The position numbers and the translations under genes were made by a program. Below the pieces are notes generated by a model. The model saw only the letters and a program-made list of their open reading frames with translations. It had not been told where the DNA came from and searched no databases. A DNA stretch of 64,000 bases from Candidatus Aldehydirespirator sp. Its GTDB lineage: Bacteria > Actinomycetota > Acidimicrobiia > Acidimicrobiales > Aldehydirespiratoraceae. Where the stretch lies: NCBI GenBank assembly GCA_965261105.1, contig CBDHCM010000006.1:1970091-2034090 (forward strand). Reading direction: 5' to 3'. Below, piece after piece: positions 41,501 through 52,314 of this stretch (position 1 is the stretch's first letter; the number at the start of each line of letters is the position of its first letter).

Positions 41501-43954
41501 ATGCCGTTCGAGAGTCCGGACTATCTGCTCAGCCAGCTAATGAAGAACGTGCACAACGGCACGATTCAGCTTCCGGACTTCCAGCGAGAGTGGAAGTGGG
41601 ATGACGATCGCATCGCGAGTCTGCTCGCCTCGATCTCAGTCGGGCATCCCGTAGGAGTTCTGATGATGCTTGAAGTGGCCGGCAGCGATGTGAATTTCGC
41701 TGCCAAGCCCCTCGCTGGTGCCGAAGGGGGTGTGACCGGGGAGCCGGAGCGACTGCTGCTAGACGGGCAGCAGCGCATGACTTCCCTCTTCCAGGCTCTC
41801 GCTTCAGACCGCCCGGTGCACACGAGCGACGGGCGCAAGAGGAGCCTCACTCGTTGGTACTACGTCGACATGGCGAAAGCGCTCGCTGACCCGAGCGACC
41901 GAGAGGAGGCGATCCGGTCGATCCCCGAAGACCGCGTCATCCGGGAGGACTTCGGCAGGTCCGTTGTGCTCGACCTCTCAACCCTAGATGCCGAGTGCAG
42001 AGCCGAGATGTTCCCGCTGTCGGGAGTGTTCGATTCGGCAATGACGAACAAGTGGATGATGCACTACGCCCAACTCGATCAGGAGCGAGTCTCCGAGAGG
42101 CTCCTGCGGTGGGACCGTTTCCAGAAGGAGGTTCTGATCAATTTTACCAGCTATCTGGTCCCAGTGATAGTCCTAACGAAGGGTACCCCCAAGGAGGCCG
42201 TGTGTACGGTCTTTGAGAAGGTCAACACTGGTGGGGTACCACTCAACGTCTTCGAGTTGCTCACGGCGACGTTCGCAGCGCAGAACTTCAGGCTCAAGGA
42301 CGACTGGTATGAACGCAGCCAGAAACTCCGAAGACGCAAGATCAACAGCACACTCGAGAGCACTGACTTCCTCCAGGCCGTGACTCTTCTCGCGACCAGC
42401 GCCCGACGAATCTCCTGGACGGGCTCAGCCGGCGATGCACCCGGGGTCTCGTGCAAGCGTAAGGACATCCTACGGCTGACCCTTGATGAGTACCGAGAGT
42501 GGGCTGACGCGGCTGCCGAGGGATTCGACTGGGCTGCGAAGTTCCTAGCGCAGGAAGGCATCTTCACCGCTCGAGACGTCCCGTACCGGACTCAGCTTGT
42601 CCCGCTCGCCGCCATACGTGCGACCCTCGGCGAGGAGATCGAGAACCACGGCACGATCGCGCGAATCCGTCAGTGGTACTGGAGTGGCGTGCTTGGCGAA
42701 CTCTACGGCAGCGCTGTCGAAACCCGGTTCGCTCGAGACTTGGAGGAGGTCGTTGATTGGATCAAGTCCGACGGACCTGCGCCTGGATCGGTGAGTGCAG
42801 CAAGCTTCAACTCCTCGCGTCTGCTAACGCTTCGAACCCGCAATTCTGCTGCTTATAAGGGTCTCTACGCACTCCTTATGCGCAATGGAGGCCTTGACTG
42901 GCAGAAACACAAACCGATGTCACTGGCCTCCTTCTTCGATTATCGCGTTGATATTCATCACATATTTCCCCAGCATTGGTGCAATAGCAATGGCGTGGAC
43001 ATAGCCCACCGCGAGAGCATCGTTAACAAGACGGCCATTTCGTACGATACCAACAGACGTATTGGTGGCCGGGCTCCGAGCGTCTACCTACCAATCCTGG
43101 AACGGCATGCCGGTATCTCAGCCGATCAGCTGGATCCGATACTAACGACGCACGCAATTGATGCGGAAGCCCTTCGTGCGGATGACTTCATCCGATTCTT
43201 CGAGGACCGCAAACGCCGACTACTTGATGTCATCAGCGGTGCGATGGTCAAGCCTGTGAACATCGACGATGAGAACATCGAGACAGAGCTCAGTCTCTTT
43301 GAGCCCGAGCCCGACGATATTCCAGACGAGCCCGACCAATTCACCGCATGGGTCAGCGACACATCAGGCCCTTCCTCCGTTAGGAGGCAGAAATTCCAGA
43401 CGCCAGAGCCACAATCGGATGGCACGCCGAGAGCGTGGCTGATCAGGGCCGGTAGCTCGGGAGAGGATGAGGATCTCAATATCGAGGACGGCCTAGCTGT
43501 CGTGCGCTTCGTTCAGGTTCCTGATCTGACAGACGTTTCGACATGGGACCAACTGAGGGAGATCGTCCGCCGTTCGCATCCGGGAGACAGCGATAGCAAG
43601 ATCGGCAACGTCGCAGGCCAGCTGTGGGCATTGCGATCACGGGTGCGAACGGGCGACCTCGTGGCACTGCCGCTCAAGACGACTTCGCAGATTGCGTTGG
43701 GCATCGTGACCGCTGGGTACGAGTACCGGGAGGTGTCGGACGTAAGAAGGCGTCACCTGGTCTCAGTGGACTGGAAGCGCGTGAACCTCCCACGTAGTGC
43801 TGTCCAACAGGATCTGCTGCACTCGCTCGGAGCATTCATGACCGTCTACGAGATCACACGCAACGACGGCGCATGGCGACTCCTGCAGATCCTTGCGACG
43901 GGCAGCGACCCTGGCCCGAGGGCAGAACCGGTCGAAGCGGTCGCGGCCAATTGA
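41501..43954 (+). CDS. GmrSD-family type IV restriction enzyme (DUF262 + HNH) with C-terminal Mrr-N-like domain
   Basis: QLPDFQREWKW, LLDGQQR, FEKVNTGG, DIHHIFP...N...N; C-terminal AWLIRAG...GDLVALP...G...Y...VDW. Confidence 0.85.
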   Translation: MPFESPDYLLSQLMKNVHNGTIQLPDFQREWKWDDDRIASLLASISVGHPVGVLMMLEVAGSDVNFAAKPLAGAEGGVTGEPERLLLDGQQRMTSLFQALASDRPVHTSDGRKRSLTRWYYVDMAKALADPSDREEAIRSIPEDRVIREDFGRSVVLDLSTLDAECRAEMFPLSGVFDSAMTNKWMMHYAQLDQERVSERLLRWDRFQKEVLINFTSYLVPVIVLTKGTPKEAVCTVFEKVNTGGVPLNVFELLTATFAAQNFRLKDDWYERSQKLRRRKINSTLESTDFLQAVTLLATSARRISWTGSAGDAPGVSCKRKDILRLTLDEYREWADAAAEGFDWAAKFLAQEGIFTARDVPYRTQLVPLAAIRATLGEEIENHGTIARIRQWYWSGVLGELYGSAVETRFARDLEEVVDWIKSDGPAPGSVSAASFNSSRLLTLRTRNSAAYKGLYALLMRNGGLDWQKHKPMSLASFFDYRVDIHHIFPQHWCNSNGVDIAHRESIVNKTAISYDTNRRIGGRAPSVYLPILERHAGISADQLDPILTTHAIDAEALRADDFIRFFEDRKRRLLDVISGAMVKPVNIDDENIETELSLFEPEPDDIPDEPDQFTAWVSDTSGPSSVRRQKFQTPEPQSDGTPRAWLIRAGSSGEDEDLNIEDGLAVVRFVQVPDLTDVSTWDQLREIVRRSHPGDSDSKIGNVAGQLWALRSRVRTGDLVALPLKTTSQIALGIVTAGYEYREVSDVRRRHLVSVDWKRVNLPRSAVQQDLLHSLGAFMTVYEITRNDGAWRLLQILATGSDPGPRAEPVEAVAAN

Positions 43955-45885
43955 CGAGAATGCGACTCCCGCGGGAGCACGGCGGAGAGCGGAGAGGCAC
44001 ACATGCCGCTGGATGAATGGGCTGGGCCCGGCAGTGTTCTGGGCTGCTACATATCCGAAGAGTCGAGTAGGACCCTTGCTTCATATCGCGCTCAGGCCAA
44101 CCTGATCGCTGAGCATGCCAACGTAGAGCAGGACACGGCGCACGGCGGCTACCAGCATCGGCAGCTCTTTGAACTTGTCCAGAACAGCGCCGATGCGCTC
44201 TGGGCCGACTCTGGCGCCCAACCGAATGACGAGTACGGCCCACGGCCTGCACGCGGGCGGGTCGAGATCCGTCTGACCGAGAACCGCCTCTACTGCGCCG
44301 ACGATGGAAAGCCCATCCACCCGGACGGCGTGACGGCTCTCATGTTCTCGCACATGTCACCCAAGAGGGGTACCAGCCAGATCGGCACCTTCGGCTTGGG
44401 CTTCAAGGCTGTTCTCGGCGTGAGTGACTCCCCCGAGTTCTTCAGCCGCTCAGGCTCATTCCGATTCGACCGCGCTCGCTCGCAGGAACGGGTGCGCGCC
44501 ATCAGGCCGAATGCTGAGAACTGTCCGGTGCTGCGCCTTCCGGAACCGATCGACCCGGCCGAATGCTGGGAGCGAGACGCTGTGTTACGCGAGCTCATGG
44601 AGTGGGCGGTCAACATCGTGCGGTTGCCCCTCAGGCGAGGAGCGCGCGACGACGTCCGCGAGCAGATGCGCGCCTTCCCCGCCGAGTTTCTTCTATTTGT
44701 CACTCACGTACGAAAGCTCGCGCTCATTGACGATGCCGACGTTGTGGACCGAGTACTGGAACTGGAGAGAGTCGACGACAACTGCCTCCTAGCCGACGGT
44801 GACGCGACCAGCGAGTGGAAGCTCTTTGAGCGCACCTGCATGCTTTCGAGCGACGCCCTTGCCGACCGGCGGCCTGACGACGATCGAGAGGAGGTACCAA
44901 TTTGGTGGGCCGCGCCCCTCGACCGGCTCGACCGGCCTGGCAAGTTCTGGGCGTTCTTCCCAACCAACACAGTGAGCCTCATCCCAGGCATCCTGAATGC
45001 GCCCTGGAAGACGAACGAGGATCGTCAGAACCTTCTAACCGGCCGTTACAACGACGAATTGATCGAGTCGGCGTCGGAACTGATCGCCGAGGCACTGTCA
45101 GTCCTCTCTACGGATGACGACCCAGCCCGACACTTGGACGCGCTGCCGCGACGACACGAGGCAGGCGACCCCGAGCAGGCGGATCTGCTCCGCGAGCGAC
45201 TGTTCGCTGCTCTTGACCGACGCGCCATCGTTCCCGATCAGGACGGAAGACTCCGCGGTGTTCGGGAGGTTTCCTACCCTCCGCAGCAGCTGACCTTGGA
45301 TCGCGAATTCGAAATGGTGTCGCTAGACCGATGGGCTGCGCATCCAAGTAGGCCACCCGACTGGCTTCACCACAAGGCGCTTGCTCGGACCCGGCTCGCA
45401 ACGATCGACCGGATGTTCCACTCGCCGGGCCAGCCGGGAGTCAGGGTGCCGCGAGCACCGCGCGCATCCATCGCCAGATGGCTCGAAGCGCTCGTTCAGC
45501 ACGCGGAGACAAGCGGCGAGATTGCCGCATCGACGGCGGCAATTCAGACTGCCGCGCTCATCCCTGCGGACAGACGCTCAGGCGTGGATCTTGGCGCGAT
45601 CGTGCTGACGGCATTCGGCGATTGGCGCCCGCCGGACCCCGACCTTCTCTTTCTCCCTGATCCGTCGCCAGCGGTCGGCAGCACGATGGACCGGGAGTCC
45701 TGCGTCCATCCGGCGCTGGTGTCGGACAAGGGGACGCTCGCGGCCTTGAGAGAGCTTGGCCTTAGGCGACCCTCGGCGGACAGTCGGTTCAGACGCCTCG
45801 CTGAGCAGGTCTTTGCACACCGCAGCACAACGACTCTCGACCAAGATCCCCATGAGTCTTTCTGGGTTCTCGCACGAAGTCTGAG

Positions 45886-47521
45886 CCTGGATCCACCGGC
45901 GCGGTGGGGTTTGTGGGGTTGGAGCATCCACCAGAAATGCCTCCTGACGTGGCAGAATACTGTTAATAACGACAGTTATTCCAGCTGCGTGAGGAGGCAC
46001 TTCCTGTGAGGAGCATAGCGGGCGGGATCGACGGGTTGGAGGCAGTGTTCGACGACGCTTCTTTGGTGGCCGATGCGGGGTTGTTGCTGGCGGGCACGGT
46101 GATGGATCGCCTTGGGTTGGAGTCGCTGATCGACGAGACGGTGCGCCCGCCGGGCTCGGCGGGCTCGGGAGCGGGCCGCAAGGTGTTGACTTTGGTGGCG
46201 TCGATGCTGGTGGGCGGCCGCTGCATCGACGACACCGGCCGTCTGCGGGCCGCGGCGTCGCAGGCGGTGCTGCCGTTTCGGGTGATGGCGCCGTCGACTG
46301 TGGGGTCGTTCTTGCGGTCGTTCAGGTTCGGGCATGTGCGCCAGCTCGACAAGGCGGCCGAGCAGGCGCTGGTGCGGGCGTGGTCTGTGGGCGCCGCGCC
46401 GGCCGCGGAGATGACCGTGGATTTGGACTCCACGATCTGCGAGGTGTGCGCCAGGGCCAAGCACGGCGCCGCGTACGGCCACACCGGAGTGTTGGGCTAT
46501 CACCCGCTGGTGGCGGTGCGATCAGACACCGGCGAGGTGCTGCACTCCGCGATGCGGTCGGGATCGTCGCAGCGCGGCAACGAGCATTTCGCGCGCGAGG
46601 CCCTGGCCCGGGTGCGGCGCCTGGCGCCGGACGCGGCGGTCGCGGTGCGCGCCGACGCGGGGTTCTTCTCCTATGGGATGATCGCAGACATCGGGGCCCA
46701 CAACGCGTCCTACTCGATCACGATCCCACAGAACGCCAAGGTCAAAGCAGCTGTAGCGGCCATCGGCGAAGACGCCTGGCAGGCGATCGCCTACACCCGC
46801 GGCGCGCAGGCCCAGGTCGCTGAGACCACCATCGACCCCGGCCGCCGCGGCGACAAGCTCCGCGGCCCCCACGGCAAGCGGGCCAAGCTGCGGCTCGTCG
46901 TGCGCCGCACCCGCCTGATCGGCGCCCAAGCCGAGCTGTGGCCCAACTGGCGCCACCACTGCTTCGTCACCGACCGAGCCGACCTCGACACCGTCGCCGC
47001 CGACGCCTACCACCGCGGCCACGCCACCGTGGAACTCGCCATTCGCGACCTCAAAGAGAACTCCGGGCTCAGCCGCTGCCCCTCCAGACAGTTCCCCGCC
47101 AACGGCGCCTGGCTCGCCTGCTGCGTGCTCGCCCACAACCTCGCCCGCTGGACCGCCCGCCTCGGACGCGCCCACCCCACAGCGCAGCTCACCGTCGCGG
47201 CCACCATCCGCAACCGGCTCCTCACCGTGCCCGGCCGCCTCGTCAACCACAGCGGCCGACACAGACTGCGCCTGCCGCTCAACTGGCCATGGGCCACGGC
47301 CTTCACCACCGCCCTGGGACGCATCCGCAGCCTGCCCCTGCTCATCTGACCGGCCGCCCCGGCCCGGCGCAGCCAACAAGCACCCCCAGCGCCACCAACC
47401 CGCACCAGCCCCCCCACACCAGCCTCGCACACCCCAAAACGCGTCGGCCCGCACACACGCACCAGCCCAGCCGCCAACCGGCCCCAACCGTCGAACCCAC
47501 AAACCCGTCGGTGGATTCAGG
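45886..47521 (+). mobile_element. IS1380 family insertion sequence, copy 2
   Basis: Same TIRs as copy 1; target duplication CTGAG at 45881-45885 and 47522-47526. Confidence 0.96.
46006..47349 (+). CDS. IS1380 family transposase
   Basis: Near-identical to 30664..32007. Confidence 0.93.
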   Translation: MRSIAGGIDGLEAVFDDASLVADAGLLLAGTVMDRLGLESLIDETVRPPGSAGSGAGRKVLTLVASMLVGGRCIDDTGRLRAAASQAVLPFRVMAPSTVGSFLRSFRFGHVRQLDKAAEQALVRAWSVGAAPAAEMTVDLDSTICEVCARAKHGAAYGHTGVLGYHPLVAVRSDTGEVLHSAMRSGSSQRGNEHFAREALARVRRLAPDAAVAVRADAGFFSYGMIADIGAHNASYSITIPQNAKVKAAVAAIGEDAWQAIAYTRGAQAQVAETTIDPGRRGDKLRGPHGKRAKLRLVVRRTRLIGAQAELWPNWRHHCFVTDRADLDTVAADAYHRGHATVELAIRDLKENSGLSRCPSRQFPANGAWLACCVLAHNLARWTARLGRAHPTAQLTVAATIRNRLLTVPGRLVNHSGRHRLRLPLNWPWATAFTTALGRIRSLPLLI

Positions 47522-50171
47522 CTGAGTCCCGTCGATGCAATCGCCATCGTCCATGAGCACACAGGCTGGCCGGGACAACTACGGATCAAGACTCGCTCCG
47601 GTGACTGGCAGCCAGCCCATTCCGTGCTGATGCCCGGCGACATCTTGCCCGGCGACGGCAGCCGGGATGACGATGCGACCGTCGATATAGATTTTCATCA
47701 CCGCGATGTCCCGCTGTTGTCTGAACTTGGGGTGAGCGACGCGCCGCTGGCGAGCCGCGACATGAGGTGGGAGCCCCTCTTCTACCAGTACCAGCGCCGC
47801 TGTGAGGAGCATTACCGCCGACGAGACGATCTTCCGTTTTGGCCACGGACGGGATACCTGGACCTCACGTCGATGGGCGTCGGTCCGCTGACCGTGCTAC
47901 TTGGGCTGTCCGGCGAGGGTAGGGCGCTCTTCACCGACGCGCTGCTGGAACTGGATGCCAGTTATCAATCGTGCAGGATGTGGCACACGGGTTCGAACGG
48001 ACACCTCTATCCAGAGGTGTCCTTCGACTCGTTAACGGTTGACGCCATACGCACACATGGCCGGATCCGTACCGCTGGCGGAATTGTGCCGTTCGCTGAC
48101 GCGCTCGGGCCTCAGCCCAAGAGTCCGGCGGCCCTTCACGTCCTTTTGCGGCATCCGAAGGCCGACAAGATCAAGCAGGCCTTCAAACTCTCGGAACCAG
48201 TACCGGAGTTCTTCGGGGAAGGAGAACCGGTTCCGCTGACCGACGCATGGCCAGGACTGGCAGGGCATCTGCCAGCACACCGTAGGACAAGCAAGCTCAT
48301 TCTCTGCGAACGGATCCGTATAGCGGGGGTGGAGCGCGATTGCGTCTTCGGCACGCCCGACGTCTATCTCGCCGGCAACGTCGAGGACGATGAGAGGAGA
48401 GCTCTCGAACTAGTCGCTGAAGCTCTTGACCTAGCTCTGACGCACGGCGCGATTGACGCAATCCTGCAACGCAGGACTCCTGCAGAGATTGAAGAGCGAC
48501 GAGCCGCGGTTCGACTACACCCGACAGATGCCGAGCGCCTCCTCGCGGCGGTCGGCGAAGAGGCCCTGCGTACGGGTCTTCCTCCATCGCTGCTGGACGC
48601 ACTCGCCAATGGCAGTGAGGCACTCCAGGGCACGGACCTTGCGGAGGCCGCCATCGCAACCCACCACACGGACGCCCTTAGGCAGTTCAAATGGGCGCTG
48701 GACGCCCTCGACCCGCCCAAGAGTTGGTCTGGATCGCGGCGCGCCGTCGAGTTCGTGCGCTCTCTGGGCTTCTCGGAGGAGTGGGCGGGAGAGCGCAATA
48801 GGCGGCGCCCAGCTTTCATGGAAGTCGAAGGTCCCTGGTCGCTTCCTGAGCTCCACGACTATCAGCAAAGGGTTGCCGCGAACGTGCGCGAGATGCTCCG
48901 ATCGGAGCCGGGTGACGGTATCGAGCGGCGCGGGATGCTCACCATGCCGACCGGCTCGGGAAAGACCCGCGTTGCTGTTCAGGCGATTGTCGAGGCCATG
49001 CGTGACGACGGAATCCAGGGTGGTGTTCTCTGGATCGCGGACCGCGACGAACTCTGCGAGCAGGCTGTCGATGCCTGGGCGCAAGTGTGGAGAAGCCTTG
49101 GCACCGAGGCGGGGCAGCTTCGTATATCCAGGATGTGGAGTGGGCAGCCCAGACCTTCGCCTGCGAGCGAACGCCATGTCGTCGTCGCCACTGTCCAAAC
49201 GCTCAGCGCTCGGCTGTCGAACTATCCGGCCGAGTACGAGTTTCTTAAGGACTTCACGTTGGCAGTCTTCGACGAAGCGCACCGGTCGATCGCTCCCACG
49301 TTCACATCCGTCATGCAGGAGATCGGGTTGACGTACCGCAGAAGAGAGGACGAGCCCTTCCTGCTCGGCCTCACGGCCACCCCGTACCGAGGGCACGACC
49401 AAGAGCAGACGGCCAGGCTCGTCCGCCGCTATGGCCAGAACCGGCTTGATGCCGGGGCGTTCGTTAGCGACGACCCGCGGGACGTCATCAGCGAACTGCA
49501 GGCCATGGGCGTGCTCGCCCGCGCCGACCAGGAAATGATCGAAGGCGGCACGTTCCGACTGACGACCGAGGAGCTGGAAGAAGTATCAAGATTCGCGCGA
49601 GGGACAGAGCGACTAGCTCATCCTCTCGCCTGGCTCCCGCAGAGCGTGGAAGATCGCATGGCACTGGACTCCCGCCGCACCACACGCATCATCGAGGCGT
49701 ACAAGGCCCATGTGGAGCCGGACTGGCCCACCCTGATCTTCGCAACATCCGTGGAGCACGCCCAGACCCTGGCAGCACTGCTGAACCTGCGGGGGATCAC
49801 GGCGAGATCTGTGAGCGGAACCACCGAACCGGCCACCCGCCGGCGCGTGGTTGAGGGATTCCGCAATGGTGAAATCACTGCGCTCGTCAACTACGGCGTT
49901 TTCCGCGAGGGATTCGATGCGCCCAAGACACGGGCCATCATCGTGGCCCGGCCGGTGTACAGCCCGAATCTCTACTTCCAGATGATCGGTCGAGGACTGA
50001 GGGGTCAGATGAACGGCGGCGATGACCGCTGCCTCATCCTCAACGTACGCGACACCATCGCGAATTTCGGCGAAGGGCTCGCCTTCGCTGACTTGGACTG
50101 GCTATGGGATCGCTGAAAGCGAACCGCGCTTCTGAACAGGGACGGATGCTGTTCGTGGTCTCGTGAGAGGT

Positions 50172-50266
50172 GGCAAAGAAAAGCCCCGCCAGTGCACCAC
50201 CGACAAGCGATGGTGGACGGCGGGGAAGATTGGTTGATTTCTAGCAGATCAACGAGGGCAATGCAA
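50172..50266 (-). ncRNA. Candidate small RNA 'B', copy 1, with own promoter
   Basis: Minus strand TTGCAT-N17-TAGAAA, then CCAATC, CCCCGCC...GGCGGGG hairpin and CTTTTCTTT tail; 3 copies in window. Confidence 0.55.
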
Positions 50267-50280
50267 CCACGGTGGCAAAG

Positions 50281-50889
50281 CTACGGGCGGTAGTCGAAGG
50301 GGTCGTGGACTTGGTCGTAGTCCCGTCGGCCAAAGCGATGCTCCCATCTGAGGTAGCTCCTCTGAGGCTGTCGCCTGCCTCCTCCGGTCCATGCAGCGGT
50401 CTCGCAAGCCACTCCCGAGGCGTGCGCACGCTCCAGCGCCGGCAGCAAGTCGGAGTCTCCCGAGAACAACACCACGACGTCGAATTCTCCGTTAGCGGCG
50501 CCGAACGCGAGATCTAGGGCGAGCACTACATCGATCCCCTTCTCGCGCGGAGTGCCGGTGCGGTAGTCGAGCGGCCGGGTGCAGACCTCCAGTCGGGGCT
50601 CGCTGGTGCTCGCAGCGCTGCGCCAGCGACTGACCTGCTTGCGGGCCGCGGCGTAGCCTTTTGGACTCTTGGTCGAGCTCGGCATGCCGCGATAGATCTG
50701 GACTTGGACGAGTTTGCGAAGTCGTGTACCTGGATAGCTCGGATGGCGCTGCTCAATCAGCTTGGCGAGTTTGAGGGGATCGAACTGTCCAACGACATGG
50801 TGATCGCCGTCTTCGCCGAACGCCTGCCGCGCGCCACGATAGGCGTTCTGGTAGTCGATGAACAGAGCGAGCCTGTCAAGACCAGACAT
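50281..50889 (-). CDS. NYN domain (PIN-like) RNase
   Basis: LFIDYQN, REKGIDVVLALD, FSGDSDLLPA. Confidence 0.92.
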   Translation of the reverse strand: MSGLDRLALFIDYQNAYRGARQAFGEDGDHHVVGQFDPLKLAKLIEQRHPSYPGTRLRKLVQVQIYRGMPSSTKSPKGYAAARKQVSRWRSAASTSEPRLEVCTRPLDYRTGTPREKGIDVVLALDLAFGAANGEFDVVVLFSGDSDLLPALERAHASGVACETAAWTGGGRRQPQRSYLRWEHRFGRRDYDQVHDPFDYRP

Positions 50890-50985
50890 GGCTGTGGCCT
50901 CCCTTCGAGCATGCGTCGATCGGCACGCCAGTAACCACGGGGTTCGCCGCGGCCATCAGGCCGACTCCTCTTCGCGTACCGCTCG

Positions 50986-52140
50986 TCACCAAGTTCCTCT
51001 TGCGTCACGCTCTGCTGCGCGCTGCAACCGGTCTTCAGCAATAACCGTGGCTGGCCGTTCCGTCTCGAGACCGAGCTTCCACATGATGTACCTCGCCGTT
51101 GCTCGACGAGTGGGAGCACGCGTGACGACTTCCGTCTCTGCCATGCAGATGCCCTGCCAGTCGCGGTTGGTCTTTCGCCAGTCGATCTCAGCCAGGCCAT
51201 CGAGGATCTCAGTCCAAGAGGTGCTCGGGTCATCGTGCGCTGCTCGGGCGGCACCTCCGGCGAAGCCGAGAGCCCACAACGACAGCGCATAGGACGACAC
51301 GTATACCTGCCGGGCGTGCTGGGGCTTGGTGTCACCCTCAAGAATCCCCCGCCAGGGCACCACCAGGTCCGTAAGGCGGATCCAGAAATCGATCGCCAGC
51401 GACCTCATGTCCTCCACCTCTGTTTCCGGGAGCTTCTCGGGAAGGTTGCCCAACAGCTGGACGTTGGCCTGCTGCAGCCCGGAGAGGGTGGCGAACCTCG
51501 CTGAACGCACCGACAGCGACACCCGTTCCTTGTCGATGCGATCCTTGAACAGCGGCACCTCCTCCACGCAGGCCATCGTGACGCGGTTGATCGGCAAACG
51601 GTGGTCAAAGAGGATGTCGAGCGACTTCGAAGTCTTGTGCACCGTGCGGTTGAGATCGGAGAAGATCTGCTGGCTGCGCTCCAGGCCGCCGTCGGGCAGA
51701 ACGACCACCGAGATCGTGTCCTCAGCGAGCGCCGAGTCGCGGCGGAGCGCCTCGGAAATGCCCGCCACGCGGTGCTGGCCGTCGTTGATGACGTACTTCG
51801 CCTCTAGGGGCAGAATCAACTCGCCGATGTCAGCCCCCTGGTCCACAGGGTCGAAGTCCACATCGTCGGAGTCCACCGAGACGGTGATCGCGGAGAAGAT
51901 GTAGTCCTCGTGGTCCAGGACGTAGTTGGCGATCTCTGGGATCCTCTTGGAGTTGAGGGCCCGTTGGCTCCTGTTCTCCGGAGTCAACTCGAGCATCTGG
52001 TCCGGGTCGAAGGTGAAGAGCTTGACGACGGCGCCGAACGGCAGGGTCGCCGTGTAGTAGTTGGTGTTCCCCATCCGGCCGCGGGTGGCGGGAACCCGGA
52101 AAGTGGGCTTAAGACGGCTTGTCACGCTTCTGAGAGACAT
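50986..52140 (-). CDS. dndB: DndB-like DGQHR domain protein
   Basis: RSQRALNSKRIPEIANY, IFSAITV, INDGQHR, SQQIFSDLN. Confidence 0.85.
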   Translation of the reverse strand: MSLRSVTSRLKPTFRVPATRGRMGNTNYYTATLPFGAVVKLFTFDPDQMLELTPENRSQRALNSKRIPEIANYVLDHEDYIFSAITVSVDSDDVDFDPVDQGADIGELILPLEAKYVINDGQHRVAGISEALRRDSALAEDTISVVVLPDGGLERSQQIFSDLNRTVHKTSKSLDILFDHRLPINRVTMACVEEVPLFKDRIDKERVSLSVRSARFATLSGLQQANVQLLGNLPEKLPETEVEDMRSLAIDFWIRLTDLVVPWRGILEGDTKPQHARQVYVSSYALSLWALGFAGGAARAAHDDPSTSWTEILDGLAEIDWRKTNRDWQGICMAETEVVTRAPTRRATARYIMWKLGLETERPATVIAEDRLQRAAERDARGTW

Positions 52141-52213
52141 GATAGCTCCTTTCTATTCATTGTGTGATGAACCGAGCAGTACCGGACCGCTCGGCGCCGA
52201 CCAGCATAGCTAG

Positions 52214-52285
52214 TACGTCTCAGAACTACAACCATACGTCTACAGCTAGCGTCTATACGTCCTAATTATGAGATTTATACGTCTA
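52214..52285. promoter_or_regulatory. Four phased TACGTC direct repeats upstream of dndB
   Basis: TACGTC at 52214, 52235, 52256 and 52278 (spacing 21, 21, 22). Confidence 0.65.
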
Positions 52286-52314
52286 CAAACGGTTGATCAG
52301 CAGAGCCTCGGGCG

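Larger units (their letters stand above)
44003..50116 (+). pseudogene. Sacsin-like GHKL ATPase + SF2 (DEAH) helicase, 1490 aa when rejoined, interrupted by IS1380
   Basis: ELVQNSADA, DDG, GTFGLGFKAV (GHKL); MPTGSGKT, DEAH, LTATP, EGFDAP, QMIGRGLRG; removing the IS and one CTGAG restores one frame. Confidence 0.9.

Noticed and set aside
45886-46009. C-terminus of the 668-aa ORF 44003..46009
   Set aside because: Read-through into the IS1380 left end, not native protein
50986-52140. Complete Dnd phosphorothioation system
   Set aside because: Only dndB is present; no dndA/C/D/E or dndFGH in the window
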